From Podarcis liolepis (Eukaryota): a DNA stretch of 64,000 nt. Under the pieces are notes generated by a model. The model was given only the letters and a program-made list of their open reading frames with translations, did not search any database and was not told where the DNA came from. The stretch lies in NCBI GenBank assembly GCA_965112155.1, contig OZ218115.1. One strand, given 5' to 3'. Made by a program: the position numbers and the translations under genes. Shown here piece after piece: positions 14,319 to 26,602 of this stretch; position 1 is the stretch's first letter; every line of letters starts with the position of its first letter.

Positions 14319-14901
14319 CATCTAGTGACGGCACCCCAATCGAAAATTTGACTTTTTTAAAAAGAAAAAAATCTTTCGAATTTTTTAATTTTTCCCGCGG
14401 CACACCAGGCAACATCTCGCGGCACACTAGTGTGCCGCGGAACAGTGGTTGGGAAACACTGATCTACAGTATCCCCCTGCTGGCCCAGGGTGAGAACTTC
14501 AGTACATAACACAGGGAAAGTTAATTGTTTGGAGACGTGTATATTTTACAAGGACGAATGCATGGAAGTTTTATAAACACAGTGCATAATAATAAAATAA
14601 CAAAAGCAATACATCATGTGGCAATCAATCAGGACACAGGTTGGAAAGACTGACTCACCGAAATGTCTGAATAACGAAAAGGGGTTGACCAGTGTAGTCA
14701 TTCTATATCAGCACAAAAAAGGTGCAGTTAAGTGGAAGGAGCAGCATGGCATTAGTGGAAGACTGGCAGCTCACACACTGAGCACCCACTGGGAAGTAGG
14801 GGAGGAAGCTTCTGTGCTCAGCACCATTGGTAGGAGCTGCATAGCTTCCACATATAGGGCTGGCATGGCAAAGATAAAAAGGCAAAGTAGATTGGTAGGA
14901 A

Positions 14902-15262
14902 GGGACACAGGTGGCACTGTGGTCTAAACCACTGAGCATAGGGCTTGCCAATCGGAAGGTTGGTGGTTCGAATCCCCTCAACGGGGTGAGCTCCTCTTGT
15001 TCGGTCCCTGCTCCTGCCAACCTAGCAGTTCAAAAGCACGCCAGTGCAAGTAGATAAATAGGTACCGCTCCGGCAGGAAGGTAGACGGCGTTTCCGTATG
15101 CTGCTCTGGTTTCACCAGAAGCGGCTTAGTCATGCTGACCTGGAAAAAGTGTCTGCAGAAGCGGACAAACGCCGGCTCCTTCGGCCTGTAAAGCGAGATG
15201 AGCGCCGCAACCCCAGAGTCATTCACAACTGGACTTAACTGCCAGAGGTCCTTTGCCATTTT
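14902..15262 (+). mobile_element. Sauria SINE (near full length)
   Basis: GGGACACAGGTGGCACTGTGG head (A-box-like), GGTTCGAATCC B-box, family body. Confidence 0.9.
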
Positions 15263-16146
15263 TTAGATTGGGGGGGGGCTGCATATTTATTAATGGAAAG
15301 GCACATCTCTGCATCTTTTAAACAGAATGAATTCCATTCATACATGTGTGACTTATGGGAGCAGTGTTGGATTGTGGATTTTTTTAAAAAACAACAACAC
15401 ATACAAGAGACAGTGCTTATAAGGTGCCCAAACTGCTGAAGTACACATGCTAATCTGACGGTGGCCCATCACCCTCAGTGTGTTTTGTTTGCAAGGCAGC
15501 ATAAGAAGCAGATTTTTGCAAGATGTGTTTTGCAGCTCCTAGAGGGGATTAAATCAGGCTCCAAACTGAAACGGAGTCCTGTCATTTTCTTGGAATTGGG
15601 AGGCATTCTGTTTGCTGTCCCTCATATACGAAACAGCATAAGAGCAAAGCGCAGGAACTGCGTCAAGCAAAAGAGAGCTTGGTCAGCAAGAGATTTTCAG
15701 TTGTTCCTTTACTAATCAAGGATTTACTGTCAGAGTACCTTTCCGCTTATCTCTTATACAGGAAAATTTGTGCCTGTTCAGCAGATTAAAGATAAGTCAG
15801 ACTTGGAGAGGAAGGTGTCCTCTGTAGATCCTTGTCAAATACGCAAACACACAAGGTGGAAACCTTTTGCTATATTGACATTTAGTGCTCAATTGCTCTC
15901 ATGTTCCATTTCAAAATACATTAAAGATTTATTCCAGGCGCACACGTAAGTTGTTGAATACAAGAGGCAGCTGCTGCTGATAGAAATGTTTTACAATAAA
16001 TACTTTGGTAGTGATGTTGCCATGTTGAATCCAGGTTTATTTACTGCATTATCATAAGCACACAGTACTCTACAGTATTTCTGAAACCGAATGTAACTGA
16101 CCTGTAGAAAGGAATATATGAATTGAAAACAGAGATGTTGTATGTA

Positions 16147-16380
16147 CAGTGGTACCTCGGGTTAAGTACTTAATTCGGTCCGGAGGTCCATTCTTAACCT
16201 GAAACTGTTCTTAACCTGAAGCACCAATTTAGCTAATGGGGCCTCCTGCCGCCGCCGGAGCACGATTTCTGTTCTCATCCTGAAGCAAAGTTCTTAACCT
16301 GAAGCACTATTTCTGGGTTAGCGGAGTCTGTAAGCTGAAGCGTATGTAACCTGAAGCGTGTGTAACCTGAGGTACCACTG
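16147..16380. mobile_element. pogo/Tigger-like MITE
   Basis: TA|CAGTGGTACCTC ... GAGGTACCACTG|TA; TA target duplication. Confidence 0.9.
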
Positions 16381-16457
16381 TACCCTTCTTAACTATGAGA
16401 ATCCTTTAATAAAAACATTTTTCAACAACAACAACACTGTTCTACTATCACTTAGAT

Positions 16458-16592
16458 CAGAATTTTCCAACTTGTTTCTCCAGCTGTTTTGGGACTACAG
16501 TTCCCATGATCCCTAAGCACTGGTCCTGCTAGCTAAGGATGGTGGGAGTTGTAGTCCAACAACAGCTAGCGAACCAAGTTTGGGAAACCCTG
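16458..16592. mobile_element. Palindromic hAT MITE (GGACTACA...TGTAGTCC family)
   Basis: Internally inverted structure; perfect 8-bp TSD ACTTAGAT at 16450-16457 and 16593-16600; a partial copy follows at about 16668-16753. Confidence 0.85.
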
Positions 16593-16946
16593 ACTTAGAT
16601 CAAAGCATCATGTCCCAATGCAGGGTGTTTCATAAGCAACAATATTTGTCTACACCATTTGTCTACATCATCCCTAGCTAACAGGACCAGTGGTCTGGGA
16701 TGATGGGAGTTGTAGTCCCAATACATCTGGAGGGCCGAGTTTGCCGATGCCTAGTCTACACTTATACCCCCTTCACACCTGCAGGTTGGCTGCTATGTTT
16801 CAGATTATAGCAATAAATAAGGAAAAAGCAGCAGTGAACAAAGTTCCCTGTGACTCAAGTGAAGGGATTAGAATACAACTGTTTCATAGATGCAGCACTT
16901 TCAATTCTGTGATAGAAACTAGAAATCAAAGACTCCTTTTAGGATG

Positions 16947-17055
16947 AATATAAAGAAATTCCTTCCAGTAGCACCTTAAAGACCAACTAAGTTAGTTCTT
17001 GGTATGAGCTTTCGTGTGCATGCACACTTCTTCAGATACACACTTCTTCAGATAC
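16947..17055 (-). mobile_element. Penelope-like element terminal remnant
   Basis: Matches the copy at 40171-40378; 15-bp TSD ACTCCTTTTAGGATG (16932-16946, 17056-17070); contains a hammerhead motif. Confidence 0.75.
17002..17039 (-). ncRNA. Minimal type-I hammerhead ribozyme motif
   Basis: Minus strand GUAU-CUGAAGA-A-GUGUG-CAUG-CACAC-GAAA-GC-UC-AUAC: core CUGANGA/GAAA/UH, 5-bp stem II, stem I GUAU/AUAC, palindromic AGCU mini stem III. Confidence 0.8.
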
Positions 17056-18370
17056 ACTCCTTTTAGGATGGATTCCCTGCCCCACCCCCCAATAAAACCA
17101 TAGATCGTACATATACTGTATTAACTTTCTCACCACCACCTCAATGATTTATCCACTCATCCTCTGCTCTGATGCTGCCTCCCTCCATTTATCACATAAG
17201 ATATCTTGCACCATCAGTGATCATGCAGCAACAGTGATGACATCAAGCCTATGCAGGCACCAGCTGATGATGTCAGCACCAAAAAATCCTTCTATATGTT
17301 GCCTGACTACCACTACTATCATCCCTGAGCATTGGCCATGTTGGCTGGGGATGATGGGAGTCCAACAACATCTGGAGGAAGGCAGGTAACTGTAACTGTT
17401 TAAAGAATAACAAAATTTATGCACCACCTACTACTCAAACCAAAGACCTCTCAGCGGTTTATCCTTGCTCTTGCTAGGGAGCACCCGCAACCATTCCTCC
17501 TCTCTCTCCATCCCACAGGGCCCACAAAAACCCAAAATAATAACAAAATGTGTTGGTGCCCTTGCCCTTGATGTAACCCAAAAGGCTGCTATGACATAAC
17601 TTGTGGGGAAAGCTGTTTGCTTTGATTATTTGCTCCTTGTCAGTGTACATTTCTCTCACAGATGTCAAACATCGGATGACAAAAAAGAAAAGAAAAGAAA
17701 AGTCACTTTCAACTCTCTTTTTTAAGGACATGGTGGCAGGTGTGGGGGTGGGGAGGAATCGGGCCCAGAGGATTCCTCAGTGTCATGCGGTAACTCTCCC
17801 GAGTTCCAATCCATTGCCTGAAGACGATATAAAATTGACTGATAGATGCTAACCCTCTGTCCTACTTGTTTTGCTGATAAGCGTTGTGTGTGTTTAAAAA
17901 TGTGGCTCGCTTTCTTCATCCCCTGAGATTGGCAATGCTCCTGGGTGGCACATAGATAGGGACGATAATGCCTTTTTGTATTAGTAGTGCTGAGTGGCAC
18001 TTTTCACAGCTGCTGTCTTCCTTCGGAGCTGAGGGGAAAACATTTTTATGGCCTGTCATTTGCACAGGGATTTCTTCAACTCCTGCATCGGAAAATGAAG
18101 CCAAATGATGAGAGGATATGAGCAACGATTTTCCTTTCAACGGGAATGATTTGTCAGAGGAATACTTTGCATCAGTGTGCCGTATATACTGAAGGCTGAG
18201 GGGAAGGTACCCACCCTCATGATGAGGGGGAAAGTGCTATGAGACTTCACAGGCAACAGGGGAAGCCCTCTAGGGTGTCATTATGTCCATGGGCACCACT
18301 CTGGCAACTCCAGCTCTAAGCATTGGGGCAGAGTGTTGTTAGTTAGAACACCTGTAGGGGGGTACACCTA

Positions 18371-18842
18371 GGCAGCTAGACTGGTGACTGGGAGTGGCCG
18401 CTGCGACCACATAACACCGGTCCTGAGAGATTTGCATTGGCTCCCAGTACGTTTCCGAGCACAATTCAAAGTGTTGGTGCTGACCTTTAAAGCCCTAAAC
18501 GGCCTCGGTCCAGTATACCTGAAGGAGCGTCTCCACCCCCATCGTTCAGCCCAGACCCTGAGATCCAGCACTGAGGGCCTTCTGGCGCTTCCCTCATTGC
18601 GAGAAGTGAGGTTACAGGGAACCAGACAGAGGGCCTTCTTGGTATTGGCGCCCACCCTGTGGAACGCCCTCCCTTCAGATGTGAAGGAAATAAGCAGCTA
18701 TCTTCTCTTTAAAAGACATCTGATGGCAGCCCTGTTTAGGGAAGTTTTTAATATTTAATGCTGTATTGTTTTTAACACTTGATTGGAAGCCGCCCAGAAT
18801 TGCTGAGGAAACTCAGCCAGATGGGCGGGGTATAAATAATAA

Positions 18843-18897
<55 letters not shown>
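18371..18897 (+). mobile_element. L2-clade LINE 3' fragment with (TTA)n tail
   Basis: ORF 18384-18758 has DHITPVLRDLHWLPVRFRAQFKVLVLTFKALNG, typical of the L2/CR1-group ORF2 C-terminus; long (TTA)n tail. Confidence 0.88.
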
Positions 18898-18898
<1 letters not shown>

Positions 18899-19026
18899 AC
18901 CTGTTCACCTTCACTGATCTGCCTCTGTTTTCATCTACTGGTGAATAACTAGTTTTCACTTAAAATCTGACTGACTTTTGGTTTGTTCATACTGTGTGAT
19001 CTGTGTTGTGTCCTGAGGTTCTGAAA

Positions 19027-19149
19027 CAGCCTTTCCCAACCTGTTGCCCTCCAGATGTTTTTGGACTATAACTACCAACATCTGGCCCTCTGGCGCTGAT
19101 GGGAGTTGCAGTCCAAAACATCTGGAGGGTACCAGGTTGGAAAAGGCTG
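19027..19149. mobile_element. Palindromic hAT-type MITE
   Basis: TIRs CAGCCTTTCCCAACCTG / CAGGTTGGAAAAGGCTG; internal inverted symmetry. Confidence 0.8.
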
Positions 19150-20214
19150 TTCTCTAAAACGATATCCACATATCTCTTCAAATGGTGTCTTATCTGTGCT
19201 GTGAATATGGGGTGGGGGGTGGGGAGTGGGAAGCAGGATGTATTCTCGTTCAGTGCAATGCAATTTACAAAATGGTTTCCAAAGTGCCGAAAACATGTAA
19301 AGCATTTGTTTGGCTAAATCAATATTATCATTCTCTTTTCTTTTTTGCATGTGTATTGTTAGGTAAAAATGTGTGCAGAATTAGTCAGAATATAGTAGCA
19401 GGTGGAACCCCCACAGTGCTTGTTGGTAGTGCAAAAATTGCAAATGGAAAAAGGACTCATTAGCGCCTTATGAAAAAATTACAGTATATGGCCTGGCACA
19501 ATGAAGTCTCTCTCTTTATATATATAAGATTACAAATACCTTTTAATCAGTGCATTGTGAGCTATTCTGTTAAAAAGGCATGTCGCCATCGCTAGGTTTA
19601 TTATACAGTTCTGCTTTTGTCATCAATGTATTAAGGACATGTGTATTTTCCTCAAAATCTGCTTTTGAAATTCGTTGACTACTAGGGAATGGAGACAGGC
19701 ACAGTAGTTTTCTAGTCCCAACGGTGATAATTTATGGAGATGCAGGCCCCCAGATGTCTAAGAACTAAGGAGAGAAGTGGAGCCACGTTGATAGTTTTCA
19801 AATATAGAGCTTGGCATAACATTATTTGAGACTTTGGCATATTTGTGCTTGGCAAAATCGCTCCATGCAGAATGTGTGTTTATGTTATTCAGGTAATCTC
19901 ATGTCTCCAAACCTGGATGTTAAAGTAAATCAGCCGGGAGTAAACTGAATTTATTCAAAGGCAAACAGTGAGCTTAGCAGAGCTGTCTCAGATGACAATG
20001 AGCAATGAAACAAAATTTACAGAAGTTGAATTGTGAGTTGTTTTCTTTTCGTGTTGGGTTAAATAATGGTTTAGATTAATAAATTTCCCATGTGAATCAC
20101 CACCAAACCAAGAAGCATAGGTTATGGCGCATGTACTATATAAGGCAGATATATTTATGTAGCATGGCTATTATTCTACAGTAATGAGCCTAGAAGTATG
20201 CATTCCTAATCAGT

Positions 20215-20360
20215 TAGAATCATAGAACTGTGGGGTTGGAAGGGACCACAAGAGTCATCTAGTCTAACACCCTACAATGTAGGAATCGTTTTCCCAAAGT
20301 GGGGCTCGAACCCACAGCCCTGAGATCAACAGTCTCATGCTCTACCAACTGAGCTATCCC
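20215..20360 (-). mobile_element. tRNA-Lys-derived SINE with CR1-type 3' tail
   Basis: Minus strand GGATAGCTCAGTTGGTAGAGCATGAGACT...GGTTCGAGCCCCAC resembles tRNA-Lys; followed by a CR1-like 3' end with ATTCTA-type repeats. Confidence 0.8.
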
Positions 20361-20565
20361 AGGAATAGGCTCTGAGACGATAGCGAATACCTAAGAGACT
20401 GTTTCTGCTCCTTCCCCCTGCTTTGGGAAAGGTAATTATTGCCGCTTCAGTGCTGATTTCCATTCCTCTTTGCCCCTGTCTCCCTTATTTTTCTGATCAT
20501 GCCCTCTTCCCACACATGGCTGAAAGGCAAGCCATTTACACTTCAATTTGCCTTGTTGCTCTTGG

Positions 20566-20829
20566 TGTTATGTACTGAAGTTTTCACCCTGGGCCAGCAG
20601 GGGGATACTGTAGATAGTTTTCACCCAGGTCCACATATGCAAATAAGGAATTGAAAGTGACGTTCAGTGATTGGATAGTTACAGAAAGTTGTTACTGTTG
20701 CTTTGTAGTTCAGCTCTATATAAGCAAGTTGGCTGAACCCTTCAGTTCAGTTCTGTTCTGGCCTGTGAATAAACAAGAGCTGTTTGAAGAATCGCTGTGC
20801 CGTCTGATATGTTCACCCACAACTTAACA
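20566..20829 (+). mobile_element. Solo LTR (264 bp)
   Basis: TGTTA...TAACA termini; near-TSD CTTGG/CTTTG; octamer ATGCAAAT at 20637, TATATAA at 20717, AATAAA at 20768; second copy at 12802-14511. Confidence 0.88.
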
Positions 20830-23377
20830 CTTTGGCCTGCATTTTGGTCTGTGAGATTCCTGGCATCTTCCCCACCTCCATTTTTCTTTCTTTACTGTTA
20901 TCCATAGAACTAGCCAATCAAGCTGTTGGTCCAGTTAGGCTAGTATCTGAGAAGCCTTTGCATATATAGCTGTATCTGCTAGCTGTTTCTCTGTTTTGTA
21001 AAACATATGCAAACCCAATTGAGTGTCTTTCCATACCTATTTTCCTCTGTAAATTGTGCAAAACAACATCCCCATGGCATTTTGTGACTAAAGGCCCAAT
21101 AGCCTTGAAATCACATGTTTAGAAATTACAGATCTTGATAACACATGGGCATGTGTTAATACTCCTCCCTCTGGAAGGTGGTAAGAACTGCTGCTCTTCC
21201 TCCTTGCCAGTGGCTGTTGGCTTGCTTATCTGTTGGCACTCTGGGCAAAGAGGTGAAGCAGAAAGGAGGAGCTGTAACTGCCGACTCCTGTTCAATTGCT
21301 ATCTCACTAGCAGTTGGACAAACAGACAGCACTCGAGGGGAATCACTGCAGAAGGGGTGAAGGTCCCTGCAAAACCCATTTCCAGTGTTTTACAACCTGT
21401 TTTTGCAGTCCAAGGCAGGCAACAAAATGTCTACTGAGCTATAGCAAGCTGCCCTATATGATTGGTGAGCTGTGTTCAGCATGGTGTGTCACCTGAGTTC
21501 AGACGGGTAGACTCCTAAATGTCATTGCTCATAACGCAGCAAGTTACTAGCATTAAAGAACCTAAAGAAAGCCTAAAGTGTGTTTTGTGGACATTGTTGA
21601 CCCTCATAGTTCTTCATAACCCCACCAATACTAACAACAACAAATGTCAGAAGGCTCAGGGATGTCTCCGTCGTATTTATTACCAGGGACAGAACTTCTG
21701 GCTATATTCTATGCAAGGCTAGTTCACCTTGTACATTGAATACTTGCCACTTATTTAGCAACCAGCAGGGCTTTTGGATACCCCCTCCCTGCCATGGTGT
21801 TACAGTGATTTCAGAACTATAAACTTGAATTACTGTCCTGGCATTTCAAGGAAATTGTGGTGTGTAGCCTAACAGCTTTTAAAAAAATCCCCATACCCCC
21901 GTAATTTTATGGCAATCTGCATTGGTCTGCCAAACAGTGGGTAAAAAAATGTCCGTCCTTGTAATTCTTTGGTGTCTCCCAAAGCGAAGGCACCTTTACC
22001 AGTCTGCTTCTGTGATTTATATAGGTAAGGTCCATGATCAGACTGATGGATGAGAGACATATAAGCCCCCCAGCAGAGGGAGCAATGTCAATGTCACTGC
22101 TTTTGCTTTTATGTGCAATAAGAAAAGGGTAGCTAGGAAGTAGATCTGAGAGTGGGCACAGGGCATCGTTTCACTGCATGAGATCATTAACTGGCCTTAG
22201 GCAGGTCTCACCCACCAAACACACAAACATACACCACAATATATAAATAATAATACTTGCCTCTCTTACAGGGTTATTGTCGGGGTAGCTGGAATACAGT
22301 ATGTAAAGTGATTTAAGTGTTTAAGAAAAGGTGCTATAATATTTTCTTATTTATTCATTTTGCTGCAGAAGATTAAAGTCATACAGTCCCATTTGCAGTC
22401 TAGTTAATAAAACAACCCATGGCAGGGGAAGAGGGGGGCGGCGGAGTGGGAATGAAGGCAAGAAATCAAGAGGAGGAAGAGGAAGCTGTACAAAATTATG
22501 GGAAGGGAAAGCCAATAAACACGTTTTAACTCTGTATATGACAAAACAACTTTTAAAATCACTACAGTGACAAGGACTAAAGTGTGAATGACAACTGATA
22601 ACAAGGCAGTTAAAATACAAGCTCAGCTATATAACTAGGCAGCCATTGCACGGAGATAGCACCTAGCCATGTGTAATTGTAAAACTGCCCTGTGAGGTCT
22701 CAATCCCTTTTTCTCGCTTCTGCCCACTCTTGGGTGGTTTGTGGAGGGTGCAAGGAGGTGATGGCTGTTAAACACATTTGCACCATCTACCGCAGGCAAC
22801 TTGGGCCCAGATCCCCAAACCTTTTAAAATATGATAGTCACACATTGCTTGAGAAGCAGCCCTGACTGCATGCCAGTTTGATCTAGTCAGGTTAAAAAAC
22901 AAGCATTACTTGTGTTGACAGTCTGGCTGTGTGAGCAACACCAATAAGCGACAGCATCTCAGACATGTTGACATTGCTTCCTGAGCCACGTTAAAAGATA
23001 TTACCACTTAACCTGCTGAGCAATGCTACAAGTCATACAATGCAGTAAATGTGCAGGTATGTCAGCAACAATTGCTGGCGGCCGGCTGGGAATAAGACAC
23101 TGTAGTAGACAGAATGCCCCCCCCTCCAAAGGCTATACTAAGCTGTCATTGGCACATGCTTTTGAGGAATATCAGCTGTAGGATTGGCTCCAAGTTTGCT
23201 TCCCTATTGCTAAGTTACGAACAAAGGGTGGTACTCAACTACGTCATGCTCAGAGTAGAAGTCTACTCTACCTCATTTGTCAGACCACGTGATTATGTTA
23301 TTATATCCCTGGAAATTAGCCGTATGAAACTCAAGTGTGTAGACATGCATAGGATTGTGCTGTATGCCTCTGGTCAC

Positions 23378-23668
23378 CTCTGCTCTGTCCCTGCTCCTGC
23401 CAACCTAGCACTTCGAAAGCATGCCAGTGCAAGTAGATAAATAGGTACCGCTGCGGCAGGAAGGTAAACGGTGTTTCCGTGTGCTCTGGTTTTCATCACG
23501 GTGTCCCACTGTTCCAGAAGCGGTTTAGTCATGCTGGCCACATGACCCAGAAAGCTATCTGTGGACAAAGGCCGGGTCCCTTGGCCTGAAAGCGAGATGG
23601 GTGCCACAACCCCATAGTCGCCTTTGACTGGACTTAACCCTGCAGGGGTCCTTTACCTTTTTTACCTT
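23378..23668 (+). mobile_element. Sauria SINE (5'-truncated)
   Basis: Family body and ACCTTT tail. Confidence 0.85.
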
Positions 23669-26224
23669 GTACACATGGACACAGCAATCTTAAATTGGTG
23701 GAACTCACACTAGCTTAAGTTAAGCTCGTGTAAATTAACCCTATTTCAAACTCCATTCAGGAGCAGGGCTATTGGCAGCTGAACCAGCCCATGCCAGACA
23801 GAGACAAAACAAGCCTTTAAAATACAGATTGACTTACACCATTCTTTTGGCCAGCCTATGTTCCACCAGATTGTCGGGTTACATGATTAACCTGAATGAG
23901 GTTTGGAGTAGGTGTAACTCTGTCCTTGCCTCACCACACCCCCAGAACGCCCCTTTTGAGGGTGAGGGGTTATACCAGCTTATGTTCTGCTGACTTAAGT
24001 TCTGTTGTCTGAGCCCTGGCTGAAGCAGAATTGAGGGATTTATACCAGAATATCCCCAGTGAACCAGGCTGCAGGTGTTACAGTGGTGTAGCTCTGGCTG
24101 AACCCTAGCATAGCCAGGACAGCCCAAGATCTACCAATTCCAAACTCACTCATCCCAGCAAATCTTGGGTTTGGATTCTGCTGTGAGCTAACAAATTAGA
24201 TAAGCCAATGTAAATTTCTGGTGTTGTTTTTTTTGGAGGGGTGTACATTTAAGTTTTTTGGGGTGTAGCTTGCTTATTTCTTTATTTAGACATTTTGTAG
24301 CTGCATACCTGTAGTGTGTGCATGTGTAATTTTTTAAAAATAAAACCAAATACAATTTAAAAAACTTCTTATAAAAACACCAAAGATATCACTGAAGCTA
24401 TTTTTATTCATAAGCACCTACACATAGTTGCGCCATGTTCATAGCATTATATCCTACAGAGACTGAAATCCTCATAATTCCTTTTTTTGTAATCAGAATT
24501 TACTTCACTGGGGATTTGCACCAAAGGAATAATCCGATGCCTGGATGTGAGAAAAGGGGTGGGTGAGTGGGGATTTTGTCTAACTTCTCTCTTGACACAG
24601 ATTAAAGGAAAACTGATGCTCTCTTGATGGAGGGTTTCTTAGCTACTTGGAGCATTGTTCAAACAGCCTTTGGACTTGCATCTTGCAGCTTCAATCACAT
24701 AGAAAAGGGAGAGTTTCTGAAATCTTAAATATTGGATTAGCCGTTATTTCATTCTTAGCATGCTGTGAAAAATATATCCGGAGTCATTAACAATACCTTA
24801 GCATAAATGGTTATGCATTAAAATATGAAAGGTACCGCATAGCTTCTTGTGGCATACAGCTGAGAAAATGGTAGTGGCTTAATGCACAGCTTTAACAAAT
24901 AAATAATTCCATGCTGCATAATGAGCTTCGAAATATATATTTCCAGCTCTGTGACTTAAATAGACCCACAGCTAAAGAAAGATTGAGTGAGGTACTATTC
25001 TACCTGCACTTACAATTTATACCCTACCTCACCTTCCATTGCCATGTTGCAAAAACATGTTAGATTTCCATCCCTTACAGCTCAATCCTGGGGCTTACTC
25101 TCCTGTGTGAACAGAACAACCTTTCTGCTTAAGTCTAATTAATTCATGAAGGGGTTAATGCCATAGAGTAAGCTGTACTGTCAGACATAGCTAGGTCATT
25201 CCCCCTCACCTTGAGTGGAAGGTAATCAAACTACCTGAAAAGCTGAGCATGTGAGGAAGCTAAATTACGGTAGTTGCTCCAGCTGAGCCAAATGGCTCTT
25301 ACAAGCCACTCTTGATTTGCTATATGTTCCAATAATTTAGGAACTTTCACCACTGTAACTAAGCCAAGTTTTACTACCCCTACTGCTTTTTCTGAATGTT
25401 GTATGGAAAAGCACATGAATCTGACCTTTGCAGAGTTTGTAGGTAAACCATTTTTAACCTACCCAGTGTGCGGTCTTTTTCTATGCCACCAGAAGATGGA
25501 AACTTTTGAAGGCACTTAGAAGGGCATAGTTTAAATATATTTCCATGCTTTACTTTGCTGCCTATTTTGTGATTTTAAATCTCTGCTGGAGTTCTGTCAC
25601 GAAAGTGTTCCTGCCCCAAACTTGGATCTTGGCATCCAGGAATTCTCCTTTATTTCTGTATTTATTTTTTACTTGAACAAACATATATCATCTGCCCTGT
25701 TGCTTCTATAGACAATAGTTTGAATATTTTATCACTCTCAATGACTGTGTGCTGTAAATCTTTTACATGCAAGGGCATTCCTCTAAAACTCAGCCTGAAA
25801 AAACAAGTCAGCGATTACTGGAGGTGTCAGTCTAAGTTATTATTAGGGTAAGCCTGGGGAATTGAACAAATTCCTAAGAGTGGGCTAAAAAACTGCTGCT
25901 TGGCCACTACTTGGCACTCCATTCAACTTGATGGCAAATAACATCATGATCCATGATAATAAATTGAAGTCCTTCAGGCTTTGCATGGCTGGGCATGATG
26001 ATTGGGAGGGGCTGGATAAATATTGTGGGGAGAGCAACTGTTATGTGAAGTGCCCTGCAATTCACTGTGAAATAAGCATGCCTCAAAGGAGTATAGGCAG
26101 ACCTGGCCTAACCCCAAAACCTACAGGTGCCCAGAAACACAGCCTGAGGAAGGAATAATTTTCCACATCCATGGCACATCAGTTTCCATTTTGCTCCAAG
26201 TTCTGACTTGCTGGTGGTGATTAG

Positions 26225-26602
26225 CAGACCCTCCAAGTGTCCCTATTTTCCAGGGACAGCCAGTGATTTACAGAAGCTGTCCTGGTTTCTGATTCGATCC
26301 TGGAATATCCAGCTTTTCCTTAGGATGCCCCTATTTTCGTTGGAGAGTATGGAGTTATGTGATCCCCAAGCCATGGAGATAAGTAACTACGCAACCTTTA
26401 GAAGACATCTGAAGGCAGCCCTGTATAGGAAATGGTTTTTTAAATGTTTAATATTTTATTATGTTTTTATATATGTTGGAAGCCGCCCAGAGTGGCTGGG
26501 GCAACTCAGTCAGATGGGTGGGGTATAACAACAACTATTACTACTGCTACTACTATGGAATAGCACGTCCCTTTTTTCATTGGAGAAATGTTGGAGGGTA
26601 CG
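26225..26602 (+). mobile_element. Non-autonomous TIR element carrying an internal L2 3' fragment
   Basis: Ends CAGACCCTCCAA / TTGGAGGGTACG; internal L2 tail at about 26372-26555; inverted relative at 35729-36408. No clean TSD seen. Confidence 0.65.

Larger units (their letters stand above)
13025..14461. mobile_element. Non-autonomous hAT (Charlie-like) element with captured GC-rich cargo (Pack-TIR-like)
   Basis: Perfect 15-bp TIRs CAGTGTTTCCCAACC / GGTTGGGAAACACTG; perfect 8-bp TSD ATCTACAG (13017-13024, 14462-14469); subterminal GGCACAC repeats and a 22-bp palindrome at 14418-14439; no transposase ORF. Confidence 0.93.
12802..14511 (-). mobile_element. Solo LTR (~270 bp) split by a nested hAT element
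   Basis: TGTTA...TAACA termini; perfect 5-bp TSD CAGGG (12797-12801 and 14512-14516); reverse-complement match to the intact solo LTR at 20566-20829. Confidence 0.9.

Noticed and set aside
13291-14509. Several overlapping long ORFs (183-277 aa) on both strands
   Set aside because: Expected from stop-codon scarcity in very GC-rich DNA; low-complexity P/R/G/A translations, no domain motifs and no transposase similarity.
20291-20360. Functional tRNA-Lys gene (likewise tRNA-Ile at about 30325-30394)
   Set aside because: Altered acceptor stem and anticodon region, and direct fusion to a CR1-type tail, indicate SINE heads.
12802-20829. The two LTRs as ends of one full-length provirus
   Set aside because: They are inverted, have different TSDs, and no gag/pol lies between them.
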